From Methanothrix sp. (GTDB lineage Archaea > Halobacteriota > Methanosarcinia > Methanotrichales > Methanotrichaceae), in contig OY821645.1 in NCBI GenBank assembly GCA_963682135.1, positions 1,536,001 through 1,600,000 on the forward strand: a stretch of DNA of 64,000 nucleotides, read 5' to 3'. The notes under the pieces are model-generated. The model was not told where the DNA came from and searched no databases. It saw nothing but the letters and a program-made list of their open reading frames with translations. The first letter of the stretch is position 1. Every line of letters begins with the position of its first letter. Positions 19,426 through 29,084 of this stretch are shown in pieces. Position numbers and translations under genes: made by a program.

Positions 19426-20611
19426 TTTCCTGGTCTCCAAGTTCCGGGGCTATTACCTTGAATCCTCCCTGGATGCTCCGCCCAGCCTCGCCTCTCGCGA
19501 GTGGGGCTTTCTCTTCTTCGACGACTCAGGTATGCGCCGGCACAAATCATTCTTCTCGCAGGGTGAGCTTATCGATTATGTGCGGGCCATGGTGCCGCGC
19601 CACGTCTATCACTCCGCAGCCTACTACCAGCGGCCCGGTGCTCCCACCATGAAAGAGAAGCTCTGGCAGGGTGCGGACCTCATCTTCGACCTGGATGCCG
19701 ATCACCTGAGAAATGCACCCAAGAGCTACAGCGAGATGCTGGACCTCGTAAAGAAGGAGACGCAAAAGCTGCTGGGATTTCTTACAGCTGATTTTGGCTT
19801 TAGCGAGAGCAGAATGAGTGTGGTCTTTTCCGGAGGCCGAGGCTATCATATTCACGTTCGAGACCCGCGTATCTTCGGCTTGGGCGGCGATGAGCGGCGG
19901 GAGATCGTGGATTACCTGGCAGGCCGGGGCCTGGCCATGGATCGGTTCATTCACATGTCCCCTATGGAAGGCGACTGGGGGAAAGACCGGGCTTTTCGGC
20001 TGCGTGCGCCCCCTGCGGGTGCTTCAGGCTGGGGGGGCAGGATCAATCGAGCCATCATCTCCTTTGTAGAAGATCTGCGCCGTCTAAACGAGACAGAGGC
20101 TATAGCTCTTCTCTCTAAACGCAAAGGGATCGGACCCAAAAAAGCTGCCAGCTTTTATCGGAGCCTGCAGGGTTCAAATGTTCTGGCTGAGATTGCCGGG
20201 GGAAATCTGGACCTCTTTCGAGGAAGCGCTTCAATCTGGAAGCTTCTTCTGGTGGAGTTCTTGGATAGCGAGGGCGTGAAGGTGGGCTTCAATTTAGATG
20301 AGGAGCGAGGCGAGACGGACGAGCCTGTGACAGCCGACGTGCGTCGGCTGATTCGCTGTCCAGGCAGCCTGCACGGCGGCTCGGGAATGCGCGTGACCCC
20401 ACTCACCCTGCGCGACCTGGAGGACTTCGATCCTCTGCAAGATGCCGTGGTCTTCGGGGAGGAGGCCGTGCCAATACAGATTTTAAAACCCTTCAAGACG
20501 GTGATGATGGGCGAAAGCTTCCATCTGGAGGAGGGGCCAACGGAGCTGCCGGCCTATGTCGCCGTCTTTCTCATGTGCCGGGGAGTAGCGGAAGCTCGCA
20601 CAAAGCATTAA
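19406..20611 (+). CDS. priS: DNA primase small subunit
   Basis: REWGF, DLIFDLDAD, FSGGRGYH, RLIRCPGSLHG. The start is uncertain (CTG at 19406 after GGTGGGA, or TTG at 19367). Confidence 0.93.
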   Translation: MNALTHNFLVSKFRGYYLESSLDAPPSLASREWGFLFFDDSGMRRHKSFFSQGELIDYVRAMVPRHVYHSAAYYQRPGAPTMKEKLWQGADLIFDLDADHLRNAPKSYSEMLDLVKKETQKLLGFLTADFGFSESRMSVVFSGGRGYHIHVRDPRIFGLGGDERREIVDYLAGRGLAMDRFIHMSPMEGDWGKDRAFRLRAPPAGASGWGGRINRAIISFVEDLRRLNETEAIALLSKRKGIGPKKAASFYRSLQGSNVLAEIAGGNLDLFRGSASIWKLLLVEFLDSEGVKVGFNLDEERGETDEPVTADVRRLIRCPGSLHGGSGMRVTPLTLRDLEDFDPLQDAVVFGEEAVPIQILKPFKTVMMGESFHLEEGPTELPAYVAVFLMCRGVAEARTKH

Positions 20612-20669
20612 TCTATATATTATTTGGTCTCAGATAACAGTCCCGAACAGGGGCATGAAGGTGTAAGAA

Positions 20670-21236
20670 TTGGATCTGGCCAATGCGCTCCGAGAGGAAC
20701 GCAAATCCGCAGAGCTTCAGCATCTGGATAGGAACTTCTACCAGCAGGTGGGTGTTTATCTGGCAGGCCTGGGGCAGGAGCTCTCCAAGGTGGAAGACTC
20801 CTTTAGCGTAGAGGCTCAGATTCTGCAAGACACCCTCAAGAGCGAGAAGAACAGTGTTAACAAGCTCATTGACCAGAGGGTGAAAAAGATAGTCCGCAGA
20901 GCGCTACGCAGTGCCAGATCAGCTTCTCGAGAAGAGGCCCTCCCCGGCATGACTGAGGAGGAGGAAGAGATCTACCGGCAGATGCTCTCTGCCATAGCCT
21001 CTGGACGCGAGGCCATCCTAGCCCATGTAGCTCACACCGAAAGGCCTTTAATGGGCAAGAAAGATATACCTCGGGAATACGAAATTGTGCGGTTGCTGGA
21101 TAGTGTTCCTCTGTTCGTGGGAGTTGACGGGAGAAATTACCTTCTCGGGAAGGATGATGTGGCTGTGCTCCCGGCCGTTCACGCCAGAAATCTGCGCAAC
21201 AAAAAATTAGCTTCTGAAGTGAAGATTGAGAGATGA
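20670..21236 (+). CDS. GINS complex subunit (Gins51-like)
   Basis: ERKSAELQHLDRNFY...R.KKIV; C-terminal FVGVDGRNY.L...DV..LP B-domain; located next to priS. Confidence 0.82.
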   Translation: MDLANALREERKSAELQHLDRNFYQQVGVYLAGLGQELSKVEDSFSVEAQILQDTLKSEKNSVNKLIDQRVKKIVRRALRSARSASREEALPGMTEEEEEIYRQMLSAIASGREAILAHVAHTERPLMGKKDIPREYEIVRLLDSVPLFVGVDGRNYLLGKDDVAVLPAVHARNLRNKKLASEVKIER

Positions 21237-21242
21237 TGTGTT

Positions 21243-21524
21243 GTGAAGATGCCAAAAAAGCTTAACGCTTACTGTCCGTTCTGTAAAAAGCATACCCCCC
21301 AAACGGTGGAGAGGGTGAGAAAAGGCCGCGCTTCCTCGATGACTCATATCACGAGGCAGAAGGCGCGGGCCAATGGAATAGGAAATCAGGGCAAGTTCTC
21401 CAAAGTGCCGGGCGGCGACAAGCCCGTCAAGAGGCTGAACCTGCGCTACCGATGCAACACCTGCAAGAAGGCCCATAACCGTCCGGGCTTCAGGGCAGGC
21501 AAGTTCGATCTGGTGGAGGGATAA
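21243..21524 (+). CDS. rpl44e: 50S ribosomal protein L44e
   Basis: YCPFCKKHT...[19 protein letters not shown]. Confidence 0.96.
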   Translation: MKMPKKLNAYCPFCKKHTPQTVERVRKGRASSMTHITRQKARANGIGNQGKFSKVPGGDKPVKRLNLRYRCNTCKKAHNRPGFRAGKFDLVEG

Positions 21525-21526
21525 AT

Positions 21527-21694
21527 TTGCCATCCAAGTTCGTCAAGGTAAAGTGCAACGACTGCGAGAATGAGCAGGTAATATTCGCCCATGCCTCTAC
21601 GGTTGTCAAATGTCTGGTCTGTGGGCGTACTTTAGCTGAGCCCACTGGCGGCAAGGCTGAGATCAAGACTACCGTTGTAGAAGTCTTAGAGTGA
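21527..21694 (+). CDS. rps27e: 30S ribosomal protein S27e
   Basis: Manual translation [40 protein letters not shown]; TTG start. Confidence 0.95.
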   Translation: MPSKFVKVKCNDCENEQVIFAHASTVVKCLVCGRTLAEPTGGKAEIKTTVVEVLE

Positions 21695-21700
21695 TCAATA

Positions 21701-22474
21701 ATGCAACGTGAGGGCTGGCCAGAGGTCGGATCTCTAGTCGTCTGCACCGTGACTCAGGTAGTGGACTTCGGAGCTTTCGTCTCCATGGACGAGTATTCCG
21801 GTAAGCAGGGCCTGATTCATATCTCGGAGGTGGCCAGCGGATGGATCAAGTACATTCGCGACCACGTGCGAGAGGGGCAGAAGATCGTCTGCAAGGTATT
21901 GAATGTAGACACGTCCAGGCATCACATCGATCTTTCTCTAAAAGATGTCAATGAACATCAGCGTCGCGAGAAGATTCAGGAGTGGAAGGCAGACCAGAAA
22001 GCCTGGAAATGGTTGGAGATGGCTTACAAGGATCGGCCCGAGGACGTTAAGCGTGTCGCTGATGTTCTGGTGGCAGCGTACGACAGCCTCTACCTGGCCA
22101 TGGAGGAGGCGGCGATCAGTGGAGTCGATGCCCTGAAGGAAGTCGATCTGACGCAAGAAGATCTGAAGATGCTGGAGAGCCTCTCCAAGGATAATGTCAA
22201 GATACCCTCCGTTGATATCAGCGGTTATGTGGATATCACCTCTCCTGCTCCGGACGGCGTGGAGGTCATCAGGAAGGCCCTCAAGCAGGTCAAGCGCATA
22301 AAAGACAAAGATGCTACGCTCTTCATCACCTATATTGGAGCGCCGCGCTATAGAATTCATGTAACTGCGCCGGACTACAAGCATGCTGAGTCTGTTCTCA
22401 AGAAGTCTGCTCAGGCTGTGGTGAAATATATAGAACAGCACGGCGGAGAAGGCACTTTCCTTAGAGAGGCATGA
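21701..22474 (+). CDS. eif2a: Translation initiation factor aIF-2 alpha
   Basis: S1 domain WPEVGSLVVCTV...GLIHISEVASGWIKYIRD; YIGAPRYRI. Confidence 0.96.
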   Translation: MQREGWPEVGSLVVCTVTQVVDFGAFVSMDEYSGKQGLIHISEVASGWIKYIRDHVREGQKIVCKVLNVDTSRHHIDLSLKDVNEHQRREKIQEWKADQKAWKWLEMAYKDRPEDVKRVADVLVAAYDSLYLAMEEAAISGVDALKEVDLTQEDLKMLESLSKDNVKIPSVDISGYVDITSPAPDGVEVIRKALKQVKRIKDKDATLFITYIGAPRYRIHVTAPDYKHAESVLKKSAQAVVKYIEQHGGEGTFLREA

Positions 22475-22632
22475 GATCCAAAATCCTGAGGTGTACGGCT
22501 TGCCACCGCTACACCCTTAAGGATATCTGCTGCGTTTGTGGGGGCCATACTGCTATTACTAAGCCCGCCAGATTCTCTCCCGATGACCCTTACGGTAAGT
22601 ATCGGAGAGCTCTCGGCCAGGAGGCAAAATGA
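22471..22632 (+). CDS. nop10: H/ACA RNP protein Nop10
   Basis: Manual translation MRSKILRCTACHRYTLKDICCVCGG...PARFSPDDPYGKYRR. Confidence 0.95.
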   Translation: MRSKILRCTACHRYTLKDICCVCGGHTAITKPARFSPDDPYGKYRRALGQEAK

Positions 22633-23399
22633 AGGAGACCCTGGTTTCCCGTATCAAAGAAGTAACCCTTAAGGACCCAATTCTGATAGAAGGTCTGCCG
22701 GGCGTGGGCCACGTGGGAAAGCTGGTAGCCGATCACATGGTGGAAGAGCTGAAAGCCGAGAAGATCATCGAAATCTACTCGCCTCATTTTCCGCCCCAGG
22801 TGATGGTAAAAGCAGACGGCACCATCAAGCAAGTCCGAAATGAGATTTATGCCTATCATGGCAAGGACGACGAGCCGGATCTGCTCATTCTCATTGGCGA
22901 CTATCAGAGTGCCACCAACGAGGGGCACTACGAGCTTTGCGACATCTTCCTGGACATTGCCCAGAGCTTTCATGTAAAGAGAATCTATGCACTGGGTGGT
23001 TACGGTACAGGCCAGTTCGTGGACAAGCCCACGGTCATGGGGGCAGCCACAAGTATCGAGCTTGTGGAAGAGATGAAACAAAAAGAGGTCATCTTTCACG
23101 AGAATGAGCCCGGCGGGGGCATAATCGGTGTATCGGGACTGCTCTTGGGCATGGGTGCCTTGCGGGGTATCGATGTCGTCTGTCTTATGGGGGTAACCTC
23201 CGGCTATCTGGTCGATCCCAAAGCCGCTTCCGAGGTTCTGCGCATTCTCTCCGGCATTCTGGGTATTGTTGTGGGTATGCAGGCTCTGGAAGAGAGGGCC
23301 AAGGAGATGGAGAAGATCATAGGCAAGCTGCAGGAGATGGAGCGGGCCCAGGCTCCTTATGAGGCGATAGGGGATGAAGATCTCAGATACATCGGATAG
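22629..23399 (+). CDS. Proteasome assembly chaperone (PAC2) family protein
   Basis: EGLPGVGHVGK, SPHFPPQV, C-terminal YIG; conserved position after nop10. Confidence 0.92.
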   Translation: MKETLVSRIKEVTLKDPILIEGLPGVGHVGKLVADHMVEELKAEKIIEIYSPHFPPQVMVKADGTIKQVRNEIYAYHGKDDEPDLLILIGDYQSATNEGHYELCDIFLDIAQSFHVKRIYALGGYGTGQFVDKPTVMGAATSIELVEEMKQKEVIFHENEPGGGIIGVSGLLLGMGALRGIDVVCLMGVTSGYLVDPKAASEVLRILSGILGIVVGMQALEERAKEMEKIIGKLQEMERAQAPYEAIGDEDLRYIG

Positions 23400-24717
23400 T
23401 GTCGATGCTCTCCTGGATTATGGACATAAGCTCATCTCCCTAGCTTTGCGGGAAGGCGCAGAGCAGGCGGAAGTCTACGGCATGATTGGCCGCTCTGTGG
23501 ACATTGATCTGCGCAGGGATGCTGTGGAGCTGGCCAGCGAGAGCTTTCATCGCGGCCTGGGGCTTCGGGCGGTAATCGCAGGCGGTGTGGGCTTTTCCAG
23601 TACCAGCGACATGTCGCTATTGCAGTATGTGGCCAATAGCGCTGTTCTATCCGCTCGGGCCAGAGGCAGGGATGAATCCTGGCGTTCTCTTCCACAGCCT
23701 GGAAAGGTGGTGCATCCGGAGGGCATCTTCGATTTTCGTTTGCAGGAAATCGGCCCTGAGGAATGCCTTGACGCAGCAAAAAGCATGCTTTCCGGCTGCA
23801 TGACTGTCAAGGAAGCTGAGCCTGTAGCCGGTAGTGTGGCCTGCGTTTGCGGCACACATTTTGTTATAAACTCTCTGGGAATGAGGCTCCTGGAGGACTC
23901 TACTCACATGCATGCCTCTCTGGAGACCATTGCCCGAGGTGCAGATGTGGCTACAGGGAGCGATTTTTTTATCTCTCGATCCTACCGGCCATCGCTAGAG
24001 GACGTCGGCCGCTCCGCAGCACAGCAGGCTCGATCTTCTCTGGGCGGGGTCAAGGCCGAGAGCGGAACCTTTGATGTGCTCTTAAAGCCTCTGGCGATAG
24101 CCGAGCTGCTCGATTATACCTTGCTGCCCGCAATTACTGCCGACAATGTGCAAAAGGGCCGGTCGTCTCTTAGAGGCAGGGTGGGCGAGAAGATCTCAGC
24201 CGAAAGCCTCGTGATCACCGATGACGGACTTCTCCCCGGGGGATTAGATTCCTCGGCCTTTGATGGCGAAGGTGTGCCGTCTCAAAGGACGATCCTGATT
24301 GATGAGGGCATTTTAAAGGGCTATCTTTATGACAGCTACACAGCTGGAAAAGATGGCCTCGCGTCCACAGGCAATGCCGTGCGCTCCGGCTACACAGGCC
24401 TTCCCGGTGTAGGAATTCGAAATCTCATTGTCAGCTCCAGAGAGCCCCAGGATCTTCTGGAGGAGACAAAAGGCCTTCTGGTGGGCGGTCTCATTGGGGC
24501 TCATACTGCTAATCCTATCTCCGGCGACTTCTCAGTGGAGGCAAAAAATGCCTTCCTGATTGGCCCTGGTGAAGTGGGAAGACCAATTAGCTCTTTGATG
24601 CTGGCCGGAAATTTCTTCGAGCTCTTAAAGGATATCGAGGTTGGCAGAGATGTGCGGGCCGTGGGGGCAATAGTTACACCCACTGTGAAGGTCAGAATGA
24701 AAGTAGTAGGAAGCTAA
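23374..24717 (+). CDS. TldD/PmbA-family protein
   Basis: FDGEGVP, STGNAVR, HTANPISGDFS. Confidence 0.92.
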   Translation: MKISDTSDSVDALLDYGHKLISLALREGAEQAEVYGMIGRSVDIDLRRDAVELASESFHRGLGLRAVIAGGVGFSSTSDMSLLQYVANSAVLSARARGRDESWRSLPQPGKVVHPEGIFDFRLQEIGPEECLDAAKSMLSGCMTVKEAEPVAGSVACVCGTHFVINSLGMRLLEDSTHMHASLETIARGADVATGSDFFISRSYRPSLEDVGRSAAQQARSSLGGVKAESGTFDVLLKPLAIAELLDYTLLPAITADNVQKGRSSLRGRVGEKISAESLVITDDGLLPGGLDSSAFDGEGVPSQRTILIDEGILKGYLYDSYTAGKDGLASTGNAVRSGYTGLPGVGIRNLIVSSREPQDLLEETKGLLVGGLIGAHTANPISGDFSVEAKNAFLIGPGEVGRPISSLMLAGNFFELLKDIEVGRDVRAVGAIVTPTVKVRMKVVGS

Positions 24718-24727
24718 AGGTGATTTT

Positions 24728-25582
24728 TTGATGATTATTGGAGGGCCTGCCTCCCAGCTTCTCGCTGGCCGGGTAGCTACAATCTTAAATGAAACGCTTG
24801 CTCTTTGTGATTACAAGACATTTCCCGATGGCGAGTCGTACACGCAAATTGTAACGCCTCTTGATGATGAGATCGTAATAATCCAGTCGACACCTACAGA
24901 TCAGGACCTGGTCTATCTCTTGCAGCTCCTGGATGTCTGCCGGGATCGACATGTCTCTCTGGTCATACCTTACTTTGGATATGCCCGCCAGGATAAGATC
25001 TTCAAGCCGGGTGAGCCCATTACTGCCAGGGCGCTGGCTACGGCCTTGAATCCATTCTTGCAGAACGGTCGCGTCCATCTGGTAAACATTCATGCTCCTT
25101 CCATTATGGCACATTTCCAGTGCCACATCGAGAATTTGGATGCGACAGCTCTCTTAGCGGAGCGGATCGGCAGCATGGGGCTCGCAGACACTGTGGTCAT
25201 CTCTCCAGATAAAGGTGCGATGGCCATGGCCCGCACGGCGGCTGACTGCCTGGGCTGCGAGTGCGACTTTTTGCAAAAGACCCGTCTATCGGGGACGGAG
25301 GTCTCCATGGCCCCCAAAGAGGTGGCGGTGAAAGGCAGAGATGTGGTCATCTTCGATGATATGATCGCCACGGGCGGCACCATGGCTACGGCTATAGCGC
25401 TACTGCGCCAGCAGGGTGCCAGTCGTGTCTATCTGGCGGCGGTGCATCCCGTCCTCACCGGATCGGCAATTCTCAAGCTCTATCGCTCCGGAGTGGAGGC
25501 GGTGCTGGCCACGGACACCCTGGACAAGGGCGTGAGCACCGTATCGGTGGCGCCACTGATTGCCAGAGCGCTTAGGGCCTAG
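24728..25582 (+). CDS. prs: Ribose-phosphate pyrophosphokinase
   Basis: FPDGE, PYFGYARQD, SPDKG, DDMIATGGT. Confidence 0.96.
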   Translation: MMIIGGPASQLLAGRVATILNETLALCDYKTFPDGESYTQIVTPLDDEIVIIQSTPTDQDLVYLLQLLDVCRDRHVSLVIPYFGYARQDKIFKPGEPITARALATALNPFLQNGRVHLVNIHAPSIMAHFQCHIENLDATALLAERIGSMGLADTVVISPDKGAMAMARTAADCLGCECDFLQKTRLSGTEVSMAPKEVAVKGRDVVIFDDMIATGGTMATAIALLRQQGASRVYLAAVHPVLTGSAILKLYRSGVEAVLATDTLDKGVSTVSVAPLIARALRA

Positions 25583-25600
25583 AAAAAACATAACGGGAAT

Positions 25601-25641
25601 CTTGCGCCTTCGCGTGAACGGGGGCCTTGCGCGAAGGCTAA
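25601..25641. repeat. REP-like palindrome
   Basis: CTTGCGCCTTCGCGTGAA...TTGCGCGAAGGCTAAG, same family as the 12960 copy. Confidence 0.6.
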
Positions 25642-25801
25642 GAAAGGGTGGGCGAGAGGAAACATGGCCTCAATTATCGCTTTTTTTAAAAGCTCGCCGG
25701 AGGCTTGCCAAGAGCCAAAAAGAGCTGGATTATATGAGGGCAATATACCGAAATGCTATATATTATGGGCGCAACTTCATTAGAAAAAAGAGGAACCTTT
25801 T

Positions 25802-26524
25802 ATGAGATTAATAAATTCTGGATCACTGATATTTTTGGCTGTACTGCTTGCCGTGTCCCTGGCGGGCCCGGTTCTTGCCGGCGAGGCCAATGCAGACGAT
25901 AACACGGGCATGATGTACGGCCTGGTTCTCGGCAACAGGATACCCTATGAGTACTTCGTCACCATGGGCCATAACGACACCGATTTAGGCCCAGGTGATG
26001 ATCCATGGGAGACGGGGTCTTACGATCTGGCTCTGATGGACGCCAGCATTGAGAACTTCAATGTGCTGAAGTACACCTCGGTGCTCCCCCCCGAATCAAA
26101 AGAGATCAACCTGAGCGAGGCCAGGGAGTATTTCCACCATGGCGCTGCCATTGAAACCATTATGTCTGATCTCAATGGCGTGCAGGGCGATACCCTGTGC
26201 ACCGGAGTAGGCAGGATATGGGTAAATACCACGGATGGATCTCTGGTCGGTGGGTTTGCCGCTGAGTACAAGAAGAAATACAATCAGACCGTCGTGCCTG
26301 AAGAAGAAGCCAGATCGGCGGCAAAAGAGGCATTGCATACCTCCCTGATGGGTGAGGTGAACAGAAGGTACAATGCCAGTGAGTATCAATTCTCTGAGCC
26401 AACCTATGCCATCGACTATCTCCAGGTGCAAAAGAAGTATGGTACCTCTCTGGTGGCACTATGCTGGGTGAACTACATATTTCCCCAGACCGAGATTAGT
26501 GGTGATGCATCGACAGAAGAGTGA
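25802..26524 (+). CDS. Pyruvoyl-dependent arginine decarboxylase-like protein with signal peptide
   Basis: GNRIP.EYFVT.G, SYDLAL..A.IENFNV.KY-T|S-VLPP autocleavage site, GGFAAEY, KKYG. Confidence 0.85.
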   Translation: MRLINSGSLIFLAVLLAVSLAGPVLAGEANADDNTGMMYGLVLGNRIPYEYFVTMGHNDTDLGPGDDPWETGSYDLALMDASIENFNVLKYTSVLPPESKEINLSEAREYFHHGAAIETIMSDLNGVQGDTLCTGVGRIWVNTTDGSLVGGFAAEYKKKYNQTVVPEEEARSAAKEALHTSLMGEVNRRYNASEYQFSEPTYAIDYLQVQKKYGTSLVALCWVNYIFPQTEISGDASTEE

Positions 26525-26763
26525 CCGAGAAGGATGATCGGCTGAATGGGTTGAGGCTTCAAGTGTGTGCAACCTTCATGCTGATGACCCACTTTTTCAA
26601 AGTCCATTAGAAACGCAAAATTTTTCTATTTCCCTCATTTCCCTCTACTGAATAGTGCGATTGCTCTTGCAGCCATTAGAACGAAAACATGGCAGAAGTT
26701 ATTAATGTGCAGAAAATGAAAGTCATAATCTCATAATATTATAAATCATGGGAGCTAATAATA

Positions 26764-27852
26764 ATGTCCGGAAACACCTTTGGCACCATATTTCGCATCA
26801 CCACCTGGGGCGAGTCGCACGGCAGAGCAGTGGGCGTGGTCGTGGACGGCTGTCCGGCCGGATTGGCCCTGACCGCAGAGGATATTCAAAAGGAGCTGGA
26901 CCGGAGAAAGCCCGGCCAGAGCCGCGCCTCTACCGCTCGTAAGGAAGAGGACCGGGTGGAGATACTCTCCGGCATCTTCGAAGGCCGGACGACTGGTACG
27001 CCCATCTCTTTGCTCGTCTGGAACAAGGACGCCGACTCTTCGGCTTACGATCTTCTGCGCAATAAGCCCCGGCCTGGTCACGCCGACTATGCCTATCAGA
27101 TGAAATACGGCCTGCGTGATCATCGAGGTGGAGGCCGGGCCTCGGCTCGGGAGACGGTGGGCCGGGTCGCAGCCGGGGCTGTTGCCAAGAAGCTGCTGCA
27201 TGCCGCTGGCATCTTGGTCGTGGCCTATGTGACAGAGCTGGGCGGAATAAAGGCGGAGATCGCATCTTCAGATTTACTCCAGCTTCAGGCTAAGGCTGAG
27301 TCCAATGCGGTTCGCTGCCCTGACCCCGCTGCTGCGCAAAGGATGATGGGGCGGCTGGATGGCGTGCGCGCAGAGGGCGACAGCCTGGGTGGCGTAGTGC
27401 TAATAAACGCAACGGGCGTGCCTGTCGGCCTTGGCGAACCGGTCTTCGACAAGCTGGATGCAGACCTTGCTCGGGCGCTCATGAGCATTGGCGCAGTGAA
27501 AGCCGTAGAGATCGGCGCGGGCCGGGAGTGCGCCGGAATGAAGGGCAGCGAGATGAACGATCCGCTGCTACTGCGGGACGGCAAGGTCGATTTTGAGAGC
27601 AACAACGCGGGAGGCATCCTGGGGGGCATATCCACCGGGGCTCCCATAGTCTGCACAATCTCAGTCAAGCCGACGCCTTCCATCGCCAAACAGCAGAAAA
27701 CGGTTGATCTTGCCCAAGGCGAGGCGGCGGAGATTGCGATCAAAGGAAGGCATGACCCGGCAATCCCGCCCAGAATTGTTCCCGTGGCCGAGGCCATGGT
27801 GGCCCTGGTGCTGGCAGATCACCTGCTGCGCCAGAGGGCGGGGAGGCTGTAA
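26764..27852 (+). CDS. aroC: Chorismate synthase
   Basis: [42 protein letters not shown]. Confidence 0.98.
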   Translation: MSGNTFGTIFRITTWGESHGRAVGVVVDGCPAGLALTAEDIQKELDRRKPGQSRASTARKEEDRVEILSGIFEGRTTGTPISLLVWNKDADSSAYDLLRNKPRPGHADYAYQMKYGLRDHRGGGRASARETVGRVAAGAVAKKLLHAAGILVVAYVTELGGIKAEIASSDLLQLQAKAESNAVRCPDPAAAQRMMGRLDGVRAEGDSLGGVVLINATGVPVGLGEPVFDKLDADLARALMSIGAVKAVEIGAGRECAGMKGSEMNDPLLLRDGKVDFESNNAGGILGGISTGAPIVCTISVKPTPSIAKQQKTVDLAQGEAAEIAIKGRHDPAIPPRIVPVAEAMVALVLADHLLRQRAGRL

Positions 27853-28031
27853 TTCTTTTGGCTTCTTCGCGTGAGGTTCCTCATTAAATCTCAAGGAGCA
27901 TACCTTTCTAATCTCGGATCTAGCTCTATCATAGATGCTGATGTTGCTTAACTCATTGTCTACTATAGGGGTTCACTCCCACTTATCCCTTATAACAAAT
28001 TACATATATGTGTGGCATACATTAAGATTAT

Positions 28032-28868
28032 ATGTTCTCGCGGGGTCTGAGTTCCGTATTGCTCTTCCTTCTCGTAGGATCGGCGGCGGACTTAAACGTG
28101 CCTTTTATCTTAGAATTGAATGCCAACGGTTCACATAGTGTTTTAGCATCAGTGAACTCGACACTTGGAACTCAGATCATTCCAGAATATTCTGCTGATG
28201 TCACACACGCACGTTGTGGCCAAGTTCCAGAAATTGAGTATAACATAGTAAAGATAAAAGATCTCAAAGAAATGCTAAACACGAGGATAGAACCGGATAA
28301 TTCACTAATACATGATGAAGCACTTTTGATGGTGGCAAGATTATCAGGACCTGGAGATTCTAAAATTAATCAAATATGTTCAATTTATGAATATCTGAAA
28401 AATGGTAACCCGCCGGTAAAGGGTTGGATTTATATAAATGACCCGAGAGGCTTAGATTACCTCAATTATGCAAATGAATCCGTGAGGATAGGCGACAAAA
28501 CCGATTGTACCGGAGATGGTGATTGCGATGATTTTGCTGTTCTGATAGCTTCCCTCATGGAGTCTATCGGAATGACTACTCGAATTATTCTGGCTAATAA
28601 CAACAGCACAAGTGAACATATCTACGCAGAGGTCTATTTAGGAAATTTAAACTCTCAGGGAAGCCAGGTAAACGATGCTTTAGACTGGCTTAAGCAAAAA
28701 TACAGTACCAATAATATTTTCACGTATAATGATACGGATACTGGTGACGTCTGGCTGAACTTGGATTGGGGGCAGGATGAAAAGGGGAATGAACACCCAG
28801 GGGGGGCTTTTCGTCAAGCAGACGGAAAAATGGTCATCTGGACGAGTAAATATTCTCATCTGGGTTGA
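28032..28868 (+). CDS. Secreted transglutaminase-like protein
   Basis: Signal peptide; GDCDDFA...HIYAEV...WLNLDW Cys-His-Asp triad; close paralogue of the N-terminus of 31754-34291. Confidence 0.85.
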   Translation: MFSRGLSSVLLFLLVGSAADLNVPFILELNANGSHSVLASVNSTLGTQIIPEYSADVTHARCGQVPEIEYNIVKIKDLKEMLNTRIEPDNSLIHDEALLMVARLSGPGDSKINQICSIYEYLKNGNPPVKGWIYINDPRGLDYLNYANESVRIGDKTDCTGDGDCDDFAVLIASLMESIGMTTRIILANNNSTSEHIYAEVYLGNLNSQGSQVNDALDWLKQKYSTNNIFTYNDTDTGDVWLNLDWGQDEKGNEHPGGAFRQADGKMVIWTSKYSHLG

Positions 28869-29084
28869 ACTATACGCCATTGATCTCATGGATGACGCAA
28901 ACGAAGTTGATTGCACTTGATTAGTGCTCCTTATTTGGCCCCTGAATTGACAGGTTTTCATTTTCAACAACTCAGATTGATAGAGCGCCTGCCAAAAATG
29001 AGGATATCATTGCATGAGGTGGCAATAGTTGCTGGGTGCGTGACCACCCAAAAGTTTTTCTATATAGTAAGATGTTGAACATAT

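Noticed and set aside
29014-29050. Possible fourth, highly decayed aroC 3' relic (GGTGGCAATAGTTGCTGG...GACCACC)
   Set aside because: Too short and gapped to distinguish from chance by eye.
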